Below are positions 23,285 through 34,363 of a stretch of 34,363 bases of DNA, piece after piece. Origin of the DNA: Welwitschia mirabilis (taxonomy: Eukaryota); NCBI GenBank assembly GCA_051453625.1, contig JBOZIK010000001.1:29591787-29626149 (forward strand), in the 5' to 3' direction. Position numbers and translations under genes: made by a program. The notes under the pieces were generated by a model, which did not search any database, was not told the DNA's origin, and saw only the letters and a program-made list of their open reading frames with translations. Numbering within the stretch: the stretch's first letter is position 1; each line of letters starts with the position of its first letter.

Positions 23285-25263
23285 TATTAAGAATCCATTA
23301 TCATTGATTAATTTAATGAGTTTTTGTAGTTAGTCTTTTGTGTAGGTATTTCCTAGCAGTGGGCAACTCACTATTAAAGAACAGTGATACTACTTCAGGA
23401 TCGGNNNNNNNNNNNNNNNNNNNNNNNNNNNNNNNNNNNNNNNNNNNNNNNNNNNNNNNNNNNNNNNNNNNNNNNNNNNNNNNNNNNNNNNNNNNNNNNN
23501 NNNNNNNNNNNNNNNNNNNNNNNNNNNNNNNNNNNNNNNNNNNNNNNNNNNNNNNNNNNNNNNNNNNNNNNNNNNNNNNNNNNNNNNNNNNNNNNNNNNN
23601 NNNNNNNNNNNNNNNNNNNNNNNNNNNNNNNNNNNNNNNNNNNNNNNNNNNNNNNNNNNNNNNNNNNNNNNNNNNNNNNNNNNNNNNNNNNNNNNNNNNN
23701 NNNNNNNNNNNNNNNNNNNNNNNNNNNNNNNNNNNNNNNNNNNNNNNNNNNNNNNNNNNNNNNNNNNNNNNNNNNNNNNNNNNNNNNNNNNNNNNNNNNN
23801 NNNNNNNNNNNNNNNNNNNNNNNNNNNNNNNNNNNNNNNNNNNNNNNNNNNNNNNNNNNNNNNNNNNNNNNNNNNNNNNNNNNNNNNNNNNNNNNNNNNN
23901 NNNNNNNNNNNNNNNNNNNNNNNNNNNNNNNNNNNNNNNNNNNNNNNNNNNNNNNNNNNNNNNNNNNNNNNNNNNNNNNNNNNNNNNNNNNNNNNNNNNN
24001 NNNNNNNNNNNNNNNNNNNNNNNNNNNNNNNNNNNNNNNNNNNNNNNNNNNNNNNNNNNNNNNNNNNNNNNNNNNNNNNNNNNNNNNNNNNNNNNNNNNN
24101 NNNNNNNNNNNNNNNNNNNNNNNNNNNNNNNNNNNNNNNNNNNNNNNNNNNNNNNNNNNNNNNNNNNNNNNNNNNNNNNNNNNNNNNNNNNNNNNNNNNN
24201 NNNNNNNNNNNNNNNNNNNNNNNNNNNNNNNNTGACATAACATAAAGAAGACTGGTTTAAACATGGGTGACCACTATTCATAGATGGGTAACCGCATCAC
24301 ATGTAGTAAGATCCAACCTAATAGCAAGACGGGCGACTGACCATATTTCTACGGGTGACCACATCACATACAATAAGATCCAACTTGATAGCAGGATGGG
24401 CAACCAACCATATTCCTATGGATGACTGCATCATGCGTAGTAAGAATCTATATGATAGCAGTACGGGCAACCGATAAGTTTGTAACAGGTGTTCACAAGA
24501 TAATCGATGGAACCTGAATTTGGTAATTATAAGGTTGATCAAATAACATGATAATGGATGATCCATTTTGCCTAGAATCTTCTCTCATAAGGTTGACCTC
24601 TTTTTTACATAAGGGTGACTGAACTTGCTCTCATTCTGTACTGAGAAATCTGTGATAAGTAAGGGTGACCGCAGAGTCTCACATAAGATCGATTATATGA
24701 TAAAAAAAAGTAATCATTATGAATACAATGGTTCATTAAAAAAAACGCAATGGTTTCTTTAAAAAAATGCAATGGTTTACTACTTCCTATGGAAATGGTT
24801 ACCTTGTATGTCTTCATTATAAAAGCTCTTCTTTAATTAATAGAGGACATAACACTGACTTGTAAAATCTAAAATTGAAAATATAAACTATTATACTTTC
24901 TTATAGTACATCTAAATGATCTTCAAATTTAGATTTCTATTTTTCTTGTATCATTATACCCTCTTTAAAAGATAATATTGTTGTACCTTAGAGAAGATAT
25001 CTATGAAGTAGTACATCCTTCTTTCTTTTATTCATGTGTAGTTGAGGATAAGCCTTTTGATGAGCCTAAAAATCATTCTTGGAAGCTAATATAAGCTAGC
25101 AAGGACAAGGAGTCTAGAAATCTGAAGGGTGATGGCTATCCACCATTAAATACATTGTTTTTGTATTCCTTTTATATTTATCATATTTGTAGGTTGTAAA
25201 GAATAAGAAAATAGGTTTTAAAAGACCTATTAACCCCCCTCTAGGATTGATCCTTAACTTTCA
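23285..25263 (+). repeat. 5' LTR of element C (start uncertain; contains an N gap at 23405-24232)
   Basis: Ends with the Sirevirus C-rich terminal motif CTATTAACCCCCCTCTAGG...CTTTCA (25263). GGG(T/C)(G/A)ACC repeat array at 24260-24690 and TATA TTATAAAAG at ~24817. The start is guessed from TTTTGTGTAGGTA (~23337), which resembles LTR A 2183-2193. Confidence 0.7.
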
Positions 25264-25265
25264 AT

Positions 25266-25277
25266 TAGTATCAAATT
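25266..25277 (+). promoter_or_regulatory. Degenerate PBS (tRNA-iMet type) of C
   Basis: LTR-end CA + AT + TAGTATCAAATT, versus canonical AT-TGGTATCAGAGC. Confidence 0.65.
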
Positions 25278-25327
25278 GAGGTTAAGCAATAGATCATAAT
25301 AGATATCTGCTCCACTTATCCTAGAAA

Positions 25328-28300
25328 ATGAGTTAACCCACTGAAGAAAATTCTATCATAAGACCTCCCTTCTTCAATGGAATAAATTATGGTTATTCAA
25401 AAAAAAATATGAAGTCTTTATCCAATTCATTAACCTTAAAATATAGAAGTCTATTATTAATGGGTATTATCCTCCTATTGTATAGGATCTAGTTACTAAG
25501 TTAAAAATTTCAAAAAGCAAGAGCAAATGAATACTGGATGAGAAACAAACTGCAACTTGCAACTTCAAAGGCCTAAATGCTATCTTCTATGCTATAGGTC
25601 CAAAAGATTTTAAAAGAGTTATGAACTACACCACTGTTGAAGAAGCATGAGATATCTTAAAAACTGCTCATGAAGAAACCAATCTAGTAAAGTAGTATAA
25701 GCTTCAAATGTTGATCACGCAATTTGAAGATCTAAAGATGGAAGTTGATGAAGGTATAAAGGATGTTTTTGCAAAGCTAAAGGATATTGTAAACTCTATG
25801 CATGACTTAGGTAAAACAATTGAATAATCAAGAGTGGTTTACAAAGCCTTGAGATCTCTATCAAAAAGGTTCGAATCAAAAGTGACTACTATTGAGGAAA
25901 GCAAGGATCTAAACATCATAAAACTAGATGAACTTCAAGGAAAAATTCACGCTTTTGAGCTAAAATTTGGAAAGCATAATAAGAAGAGTGTGGCATTATC
26001 TATCACACATGAAGTCCTTGAGATCAAATATGGGTCTAACCTAGAACCAGAAAGCAATGATGAAGTGGCTCTTCTAGCTAGAAGGTTTGGACTCTTCATG
26101 CAGAGATGATAAGAGGGAGGTCAGTCTAGGAGACCATCAAGAAGAAAAGAGGAAGAACACCATGAAATTCAATGTTATTCTTCCAAATTTTTTAGTCATA
26201 AATTAAATGTCTACCTGAACAATAGAAAAGATGATAAAAGAAAGGGAAAGAAAGTCTTGTCTATAACATGGGATGATGAAGAAAGTGAAAGTGAACAAAA
26301 CTTAAATTTAGAATATGATGGTATCTCTCTCATGGCTAGCGTCAATGAAAAGGTATGTTTTTCTTCTCACATTAATTTAGTTATTAGTAAAGATACGCTG
26401 AATGATATTAAATTAGAATTATATTTGGAATGTTAAAATATAGATCATAGAGTAAACCAACTGAGAAAAGAAAATAAGCTTCTTCTAGATAAGCTCAAGA
26501 TTACCTCCATAGAGTTAAGGATCAAGCTTCTCAAAAATCATTTTCTAGCTTATTCAATTCTTATCACTACTCATATTTCAAATCTTTATCTAAGGTAAAC
26601 TCAAAACATTCTTTAGCTAATATCACCTTCCATTATTGTAATAAAAAGGATCATTCTAAGATTGATTTTATCTTTCATAAAAGTTGGTTTCCTCTCTCCA
26701 TATTAGGATCTAATTTTACTTTCTCTAAAAAGTCTCATCCTATTGCAAAGAAAAATAAATGCCTAAGGTGAATCCCAAAGTTCATAACTAAAAGCCTATT
26801 GATCCAAATAGTTTTAAAAACAACTAATCATTCTTATTAGTATCTAGATAGTAGGTGCTTAAGACATATGATAGGTGACAAATCAAAATTTATCAGCTTC
26901 AAGGAATATAATGAAGGAGAATTCAACTTTGGAGATAATAGAAAAGCTCAGATTGAAGGAATTGGAAGCATCGGTGGAGGTAACTTACTAAATATTTATA
27001 ATGTTTTATTTATCAATGGATTGAAGCATAATTTATTAAGCATTAGTTAGATTTATAATAAGGGTTATAAATTATTTCTCGATAAAAAATGTATTATAAA
27101 ACATGGCAAAACTAATCAATCATTACTTGTAACGAATAGACATGAGAATGTGTATTGTGTAAATCAATTGAATAACTTTACATGTCTATCTTATCATACT
27201 AAAGAAGATGTTATTTGGCATCAATGTTTAGATCACATTAGTTTTAATACTTCAAAAAAGTTTTGTTGTAATTAGATAGTTAGAGGTCTTCATAAACTTT
27301 TTTTTTTCTCACAAAGGGCTATGTGACACTTTTCAAAAAGGAAAACAAACTAGAACATCTCATAAAAGGGTTAGTGATATCACAACTAGTAAACCCTTAG
27401 ATTTAATTTATATGAATTTAGTTGAGCCTATTCAAACTACAAGTCTATATGGAAAAAGATATTTTCTAGTTATGGTTGATGATTTTTTAGATTTTCTTGG
27501 GTAGATTTTCTACATGTAAAATCTGATGCCTATGAAAATTTTGTTAAAATTTGCAAAAAGCTTCAAATGGAAAATGAGTATGTAATAAAAAAAAATATNN
27601 NNNNNNNNNNNNNNNNNNNNNNNNNNNNNNNNNNNNNNNNNNNNNNNNNNNNNNNNNNNNNNNNNNNNNNNNNNNNNNNNNNNNNNNNNNNNNNNNNNNN
27701 NNNNNNNNNNNNNNNNNNNNNNNNNNNNNNNNNNNNNNNNNNNNNNNNNNNNNNNNNNNNNNNNNNNNNNNNNNNNNNNNNNNNNNNNNNNNNNNNNNNN
27801 NNNNNNNNNNNNNNNNNNNNNNNNNNNNNNNNNNNNNNNNNNNNNNNNNNNNNNNNNNNNNNNNNNNNNNNNNNNNNNNNNNNNNNNNNNNNNNNNNNNN
27901 NNNNNNNNNNNNNNNNNNNNNNNNNNNNNNNNNNNNNNNNNNNNNNNNNNNNNNNNNNNNNNNNNNNNNNNNNNNNNNNNNNNNNNNNNNNNNNNNNNNN
28001 NNNNNNNNNNNNNNNNNNNNNNNNNNNNNNNNNNNNNNNNNNNNNNNNNNNNNNNNNNNNNNNNNNNNNNNNNNNNNNNNNNNNNNNNNNNNNNNNNNNN
28101 NNNNNNNNNNNNNNNNNNNNNNNNNNNNNNTTTGAACTATATTATAACTCAAATGAAATTAGTCATGAGTTTTTAGCCTCTAAAAACCCTCAACAAAATG
28201 GAATAGATGAAAGAAAAAATAAAACTTTGCTAGATATGATAAGAGTAATGTTAAATAACAAAAAAATTCCAAGGAAATTTTGGGCTAAAGCAGTTAACAT

Positions 28301-30412
28301 AGCCTATCATATATCAAACAGAGTTTATTTGAGGTCTGGAACTTCTAAAACTTCTTATAAACTTTGGAAGGGAAAGAAACCAAACATATCTTACTTTAAA
28401 ACTTTTGGAAGTAAATGTTTTATTTTAAAAGATAGAGAGGAATTAGCAAAATTTGATGCTAAATTAGATGAAGGAATTTTTTTAGGATACTCTCAATTCA
28501 ATAAAGCGTACAGAGTTTTTAATAAATAAACTCTTCATATGGAAGAATCAATTAATGTGAAAATACATGATGTCTTAGATTCTTTGAATTTCATTAACTG
28601 TGATGAAGATCCTATTTCCTCTTGCTTTATTAATCAAACTGAAGAAAACTCAAGAGACAAGGAAACTCTAAAAATTAAGGAAATCAAAGATCATCCTTTA
28701 AAATCTATTATTAAAAATGTTTAGTAAGGTATTATTACCATAAACTCTCTTAAGAACTTTAATGTTCATGTATCCCTTTTATCTCAAATCGAACCTAAAT
28801 CTGTTGAAGAGGTTGAATCTGATCCAAGTTNNNNNNNNNNNNNNNNNNNNNNNNNNNNNNNNNNNNNNNNNNNNNNNNNNNNNNNNNNNNNNNNNNNNNN
28901 NNNNNNNNNNNNNNNNNNNNNNNNNNNNNNCTAAATCTTTTGAAGATGTTGAATCTGATCCAATTTGAAATAATGCCATGGAAGAGGATCTTGAACAATT
29001 CACTAAAAATCAGGTTTAGATACTTATTTGAAAATGAACAGGAAAAAATTTCATAGGAAAAAAGTGGATTTTCAGAAATAAAGTAAATCAGAAAAATGAG
29101 ATTACCAAGAATAAAGCTAGATTAGTGACTCAAGGGTATTCCCAAATAGAAGGAGTAGATTGTGGAGACATGTTTGTACTTGCTAGATTAGAATTAATTA
29201 GGATATTTCTAGTTTTTACTTGTTTCAAGAAAATGAAAGAATTTCAAATGGATGTAAAAAGTGCATTTCTTAATGAAAATATTGAAGAAGAAGTGTATGT
29301 TTAGTAAGCTTAAGGCTTTTTTGATCCTCATAAACCTGAATATGTTTATAGACTTAACAAAGCCTTGTATGGGTTAAAATAAGATCTCAGAGCTTGGTAT
29401 GAAAAGATTTCATCATTCTTGCTTCAACATGGTTTTTTAAGAGGTTCCATTGATAGATATTTATTTAGAAAGGCTTTGAATAATGATTTAACACTAGTTC
29501 AAATCTATATTGATGACATTATATTTGGATCAACAAATGAATACTTATCAAATGCTTTTGCAAAACTCATGAGCTCTAAATTTGAAATGAGCATGATTGG
29601 ACCTGTAAAAATGTTTTTGAGTTTATAAATTTAATAACATGAGTAGGGTATCTTTATCAATCAAAAGAAATACTCTTTAGATTTAATAAAAAAGTTTAAA
29701 CTGGAAAATGCAAAGTGTATAGACTCTCTAATAGCTACAAATGTTAAACTTTCTTTAGATGAATATGGTAAGGATGTGAATTAAAAGGTAAATCATAGCG
29801 TTATTGTAAGTCTATTATATCTAATGGCTAGTCACCCTAATATAGCCTTTAGTATTGGCTTGTGTGCTAGGTATCAAAGAAAACCTAAGGAATCACATAT
29901 TACTATTGTAAAGAGAATAGTTTGCTATGTGAAAGGTACTCTATATTTTGGCTTATGGTTTTTAAATGATACTTCTTTAAGCTTAATAGGTTATAGTGAT
30001 GCAGATTAAGCTGGATGCAAAGATAATTGTAAGAGCATAAGTGGTGGATGCATTTTCTTTGGAAATTATCTCATAGCTTGGTATAGTAAGAAATAATGTT
30101 CTATATCTCTTTCTACCGCTCAATCTGAGTACATAGCCATTAGAGCATGTTGACTCAGACCTTGTGAATGAAAGAGACCTTAAAGGACTATGGGCTAAAC
30201 ATCATAGAAGTACCAATCCTTTGTAACAACTTAAGTGCAATTCAAATAGCTCACAACCCAATCCAACACACTTACACCAAGCACATCGATATTAGGTATC
30301 ATTTTATGTATGTATGTATAGAAGATTAATTGGCCGATATTTTTACAAAACCTTTATCTTTTACCAAAAGCATTATGCTAAGGTTCTAAATGAAATGGTT
30401 TTAAAATCTTGA
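25328..30412 (+). pseudogene. Degenerate copia gag-pol of C
   Basis: Start MS*PTEENSIIRPPFFNGINYGY. Gag: KALRSLSKRFESKVTTIEESKDL. PR: *YLDSRCLRHMIGDK (from ~26838) and LKHNLLSIS. INT: PQQNGIDERKNKTL and GIFLGYSQFNKAYRVFN. RT: KNKARLVTQGYSQIEGVD, FQMDVKSAFLN and VQIYIDDIIFGS. RH: GYSDAD*AG and LADIFTKPL. Confidence 0.93.
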
Positions 30413-31166
30413 TTTGAAATTCATCATTCAACCATTTATTTGGATGAGTTTTTAATGAAAATTCTATAACTAGTATAGTGTATATAGGGGTTGGTAGCAG
30501 CATTATGATAGTAATAACCCATTACTAAGTGAGAACATAATGAGGCTGGATAACTAAGTACCATTTGTTTTTTAACACTTTACTATTTTTTGGGTATCAA
30601 GTCTGGAAAGGACTTGCCACACGCAGCCTCATCTGAATAATAAAATTTAGTGGGGGGATTCAAATCTTTACTTATCATATATATTTGAACCCTAGTAGAC
30701 CTCTTTTCCAAGTAGATGACCGCTTTTCTCTTAGTTTTTATACTGTTAAACTTTTCTTTTTACTATGTCGACCAAACATTTAGTTGGATCGATTGGTTTA
30801 GTCCTAGTTTTTCCTATAAAATCCTATATCAACTGGGTCAATTGAATAATTCATTTTAATTGATCTCTTTTAAGTGATGTTCCTAGTCATATTAGGTCAA
30901 CCTCACCTTACATCTAGGTCGACCAAGACTTATTCGGACTTCGATTGTAAAAATATCCTCTCTTAGGGTTAATCGCCTAATTTATTAGGTTAACTATCAC
31001 CTTATTATTNNNNNNNNNNNNNNNNNNNNNNNNNNNNNNNNNNNNNNNNNNTGCGCCATGAATTTTTAAAAGCCACCTGTCCGTTGTCTTTTTCTTATCT
31101 TTTTGATTCCTTTTCTGTCATTTTTTCCACTTTTCACACATGCTTTTTCTTGGATCTATGCTTGAA

Positions 31167-32135
31167 ATGGCATCTCCTCAGTTAGGAGAGGGATCCAAAA
31201 AAAGAAAAAAGGAAACTATTGTCAAACCTCCAAGTTATGTATTCTCCAAGATGAGCACTGAGTAGCTGAGGCATTTTAAGAAGTACTTTGAGACTAGTCT
31301 CATAGCTCTGGAGAGAACCTATAAGCCAATGCAAGTTCTAAGCCTGAGGGAGGTCTAAACCTTGCTAAAATAATTCAACTGAATTACTTTCTTTACATTT
31401 ATGATACCTGATACCCTCTGGTAACTAGGTTATTCTATTCAAATGCTAGATATAATGCTTCTCAGACAACCTTTATTGCTATAGTCTTTAGCCAAGAAAC
31501 ATGCATTACTGTAAATCTCATAGCTTCCCTCACTGGCCTTCTAAGAGGAAACTGGGATGAGTACTAGTCCATAGCTAAGTCTTTTAAAGAGAAGGATGCA
31601 GAAGAAGACCCTTAAATCTTCTCATCTTCTTCCAAGATTTTATCTTCTGCACCTTATTATGTCTTACAACTTCCTTCTAGTTGCTGGGAATAGAGATGAG
31701 ATCTCCAACTATTAAGTCTTTCTCCTTTATGTGCTAGACCAGAGAAGAGACATAGATGCTCTTGGTATAAAGCTTAAGCATATAGCCAACTAGCCCTAGC
31801 TGCATAAATGACATGCTTTGCCCTATTCTTTTCTCATTATTTGGATTTGTGGTTACTTTTACATTCCACATCTTACTAAGCAGAAGATCCAGAAGCCAAG
31901 GGGCCTATTAATCATACCATATTATCTAGGATGCACATTTTTTAGGAACCNNNNNNNNNNATCTTTTTGGCCTAAGGTTAAGGCCTCTCAGACCCCAAAG
32001 ATCCTCCATCTTCTACATTGGATCCATTCACAAACTTGTCACATTAAGAAGGCACTAATTGCAAGTGATATTTCAGTTGCTGACACCTCTAAGAGCGAGG
32101 GTGCTCAATCTTCTAAAACCTCCAAGTCTAATTGA
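31167..32135 (+). pseudogene. Degenerate Sirevirus env-like ORF of C
   Basis: MASPQLGEGSKKRKKE... then QLNYFLYIYDT*YPLVTRLFYSNARY (31376-31453) and LPYSFLIIWICGYF, ending at stop 32135. It lies between RNase H and the PPT. Confidence 0.7.
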
Positions 32136-32197
32136 GTCTAGTTATTTATCTTTGTATCTTCTAGTTTATAGATGTCCTTCCTGTCCTTGATTTTATT

Positions 32198-32210
32198 AAA
32201 AAGGGGGAGA
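32198..32210 (+). promoter_or_regulatory. Upstream polypurine tract of C
   Basis: AAAAAGGGGGAGA is the typical Sirevirus PPT. It is followed by ATAATT rather than an LTR start, so it is an upstream copy of the multi-PPT array. Confidence 0.75.
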
Positions 32211-32359
32211 ATAATTTGTAATATTTTGTTACTTCTTTTGTTATTTCTTTGTATTGAAAATTGAAAAAATGTACCTCTTATCATGTAATAAAATTTTTAA
32301 GTAATACAAAGAAGATTATGTTTGTGTAAATTTCCTTTGATTAATTTAACAAGTTTTTT

Positions 32360-34363
32360 AGCCAAGAGGCCATCCCAAGCCACTGAATATCTGGGATGGT
32401 GTTATCATTATGCTTTTTGTCATTATCTGCCTATGTGCCCTCTTTCTGTGTTTATGCTACATCGCGTTGTCATTTGAGATGGCATTTTCCATCTTTTTTT
32501 ATTACTCCATATTTTTGTGCTCATTGGTGTCAATGGTTCAATTTATCCCCTTTTCTGTCGATGCATTTCCTAATGTGATTTTACTTGTGATTCTTCTCTA
32601 CATTCCTCTTTCTTACCATTCCTCTATGATTTTCATTTTTACCCCTTCTATGTTGGCGTTTTCACCTATTGCTATTGTCTCTAGTGTGATCTTTCTTCAT
32701 TTTCCTTTCTCCTCTTTTTCGATTTCATCCCTTACTCCTAATTTTTTTTGATCTTTCATTCATCATTTTTATTTTTAATGCTCTGTGTTGTGATGATGAG
32801 AATTCTAAAATTCGGGATCCAGATCAACACAACAGGATTTTTGTAACAGTTGTTGTTTGATTCATTTCCATTCTGCTTGTAATATGCAACTTTCCTTGGA
32901 TTATTGTTTTAGGTTTCTTTGCGTTTTTAACATTCGAATGCTTCAAATGCATCTCTTTATTTGTTAAACTATTAACAAGGTTAATTGTATTTCTAATAAG
33001 AAGAGTTTTACTTCTACAAGGAAGTAGTTATTCATTCTTATATTGGAAATATGTTCAAGGGATGGTATCTTATAATTGCATATGCTTTATCAAACAACAT
33101 AATGAAAAGTTATCCACTCTAATTTAGTGACCTCCTTCTCAAGAGAATCGATGACTTTTTTGTAAACATTAAAATTGAAAGATGTTGAATGGAGATTCTT
33201 TTGCACTATTATCTTATTTATGGGATTTTTCTAGCCGATTTTGAATTTTGATCAATTTATTTATTGTTGGTTTTACTTTGTTTCATTTTTTTATAGTGTG
33301 TGCGGGATTATTCTTCCTCTCTCTAGAAATCGCATTCAAAGAGAGTGCATTTAGATTTCATGTGGACTTCTGACATGGTTCAATATTTCTAGAGTAGTTT
33401 CTTGAAGATTTGACTATTGGTTATCAAGTTTCCTATGTATCACTTCTTCTAGCATTCATGATTGTAGGATTGTGGCCAAAAATACTATGGTATAATAATT
33501 ATAGACTAGAATCACCAACAAGTAAGCTATATTACCTGGTTGAAATGCCTAGGTAGAACATGTAATTTTACTATCAAAATAAGAATCTAATATTTTAAAG
33601 TGCCCTCTTTTGGGAAGCATTTTCACTACATTCCTTAGGTTTTAGCATAGTTTACAAAGAAGTTAGAGTTCTTTATTTTGGGATTGCTTATAAAAACTAT
33701 ATCCTTCATTTTAAAATTGCAAGTATTTTGCATTAAAACTATTCGTTGATACAAGGTAATGCATCTGCTTCATTTTGAACATTCAAGGGCTTTGCAAGTC
33801 ATTTTGCATTTTGTGGAGGACTTTTTCTTTATCATGTTGTCTATTTTATTTCCACATCTCTCTGAATTTGATGTTCTCTTCCATTATACCTATCCTCGGC
33901 TAACATGCATTTCAGATTTTTAATCTTTTCTACATTTATTTTACTGTCTATTTCTTTGGCTTTTTAGCAAAGTTCTCTACCTTTTCTTGTCCATCTTGTA
34001 ATTTACATTATAGATTATTCTCCATGATTGGGAAACTATCACTTAATGTAGATTTTCCATGTTCATTTACTTTCACCTATTTAGCCTTCAAACTAAAAAG
34101 ATGTTTATTCTAGCTATTAATGTTTCCAAGAAGTTCTTTCGATTTTGGTAGTAAGTCTAGATTTGTAGAGGTATTTACAGAACTGATATCCATTTTTAGG
34201 GCTCTATGAATTTCGTTAGAGGTAGTGACTAGAATACATTTGCCTAAACACTACAATAAATAAATTAAGATAATGTAAAAAATAAATTAAAAATAAATTA
34301 AGGTAAAGAAGATGTAAAGAGAAGGATATAATATAAAAGGAGTAAAGTATAATGAATATGATG
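32360..34363 (-). other. Unassigned degenerate coding-like sequence, probably another transposable-element fragment
   Basis: Composition switches abruptly after C's first PPT. The minus strand is purine-rich and gives stop-riddled, charged, low-complexity translations (e.g. MDISSVNTSTNLDLLPKSKELLGNIN* from ~34193), preceded by a T-rich leader. No diagnostic domain was recognised. Confidence 0.3.

Larger units (their letters stand above)
23285..32350 (+). mobile_element. Element C: Sirevirus (Ty1/copia) with 5' LTR, PBS, gag-pol, env-like ORF and first PPT; both outer boundaries approximate, 3' LTR not seen
   Basis: LTR end, PBS, gag-PR-INT-RT-RH order, extra ORF and AAAAAGGGGGAGA tract. Confidence 0.88.

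Noticed and set aside
402..24281. Long ORFs made mostly of X (402-1137, 16949-17635, 20831-21424, 23313-24281, and also 27544-28152)
   Set aside because: Artefacts of N runs that contain no stop codons.
33400..33850. LINE ORF1 (DUF4283-like) call for the terminal segment
   Set aside because: Only vague fragments with wrong motif spacing, and no zinc knuckle, endonuclease or RT seen. Left unassigned.
1..34363. An intact novel gene system, domesticated TE gene or active element
   Set aside because: Every recognisable coding region has multiple stops or frameshifts and belongs to known LTR retrotransposon lineages. No host exons were recognised.

Overview
This is AT-rich plant heterochromatin from a gappy draft assembly. 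I find no intact host gene, RNA gene or CRISPR array. Almost the whole window is explained by decayed, nested LTR retrotransposons. (A) 1-3301 (+): the 3' part of a gag-only, non-autonomous Sirevirus (Ty1/copia SIRE) derivative with multiple PPTs and a complete 3' LTR. (G1) 3302-~14256 (+): an Athila-like Ty3/gypsy element with leader, gag-PR-RT-RH-INT, an extra env-like ORF remnant and a putative 3' LTR. (B) 14257-22619 (-): a Sirevirus with 5' LTR, PBS, gag-pol and env-like ORF, interrupted in its pre-PPT region by G1. (G2) 22620-~23284 (+): a small remnant of an older gypsy integrase C-terminus and post-pol region, into which B and C appear to have inserted. (C) ~23285-~32350 (+): a Sirevirus with 5' LTR, PBS, gag-pol, env-like ORF and first PPT. 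~32360-34363 is unassigned degenerate minus-strand coding-like sequence. All coding regions are pseudogenised, mostly by C>T/G>A transitions. I see no convincing evidence for a new biological system. The most interesting observations are the reconstructable four-layer nesting, a motif shared gap-free between the env-like ORFs of copia and gypsy elements, and the gag-only Sirevirus truncated at the protease active site. Family assignments come from motif recognition by eye, and boundaries marked ~ are approximate.
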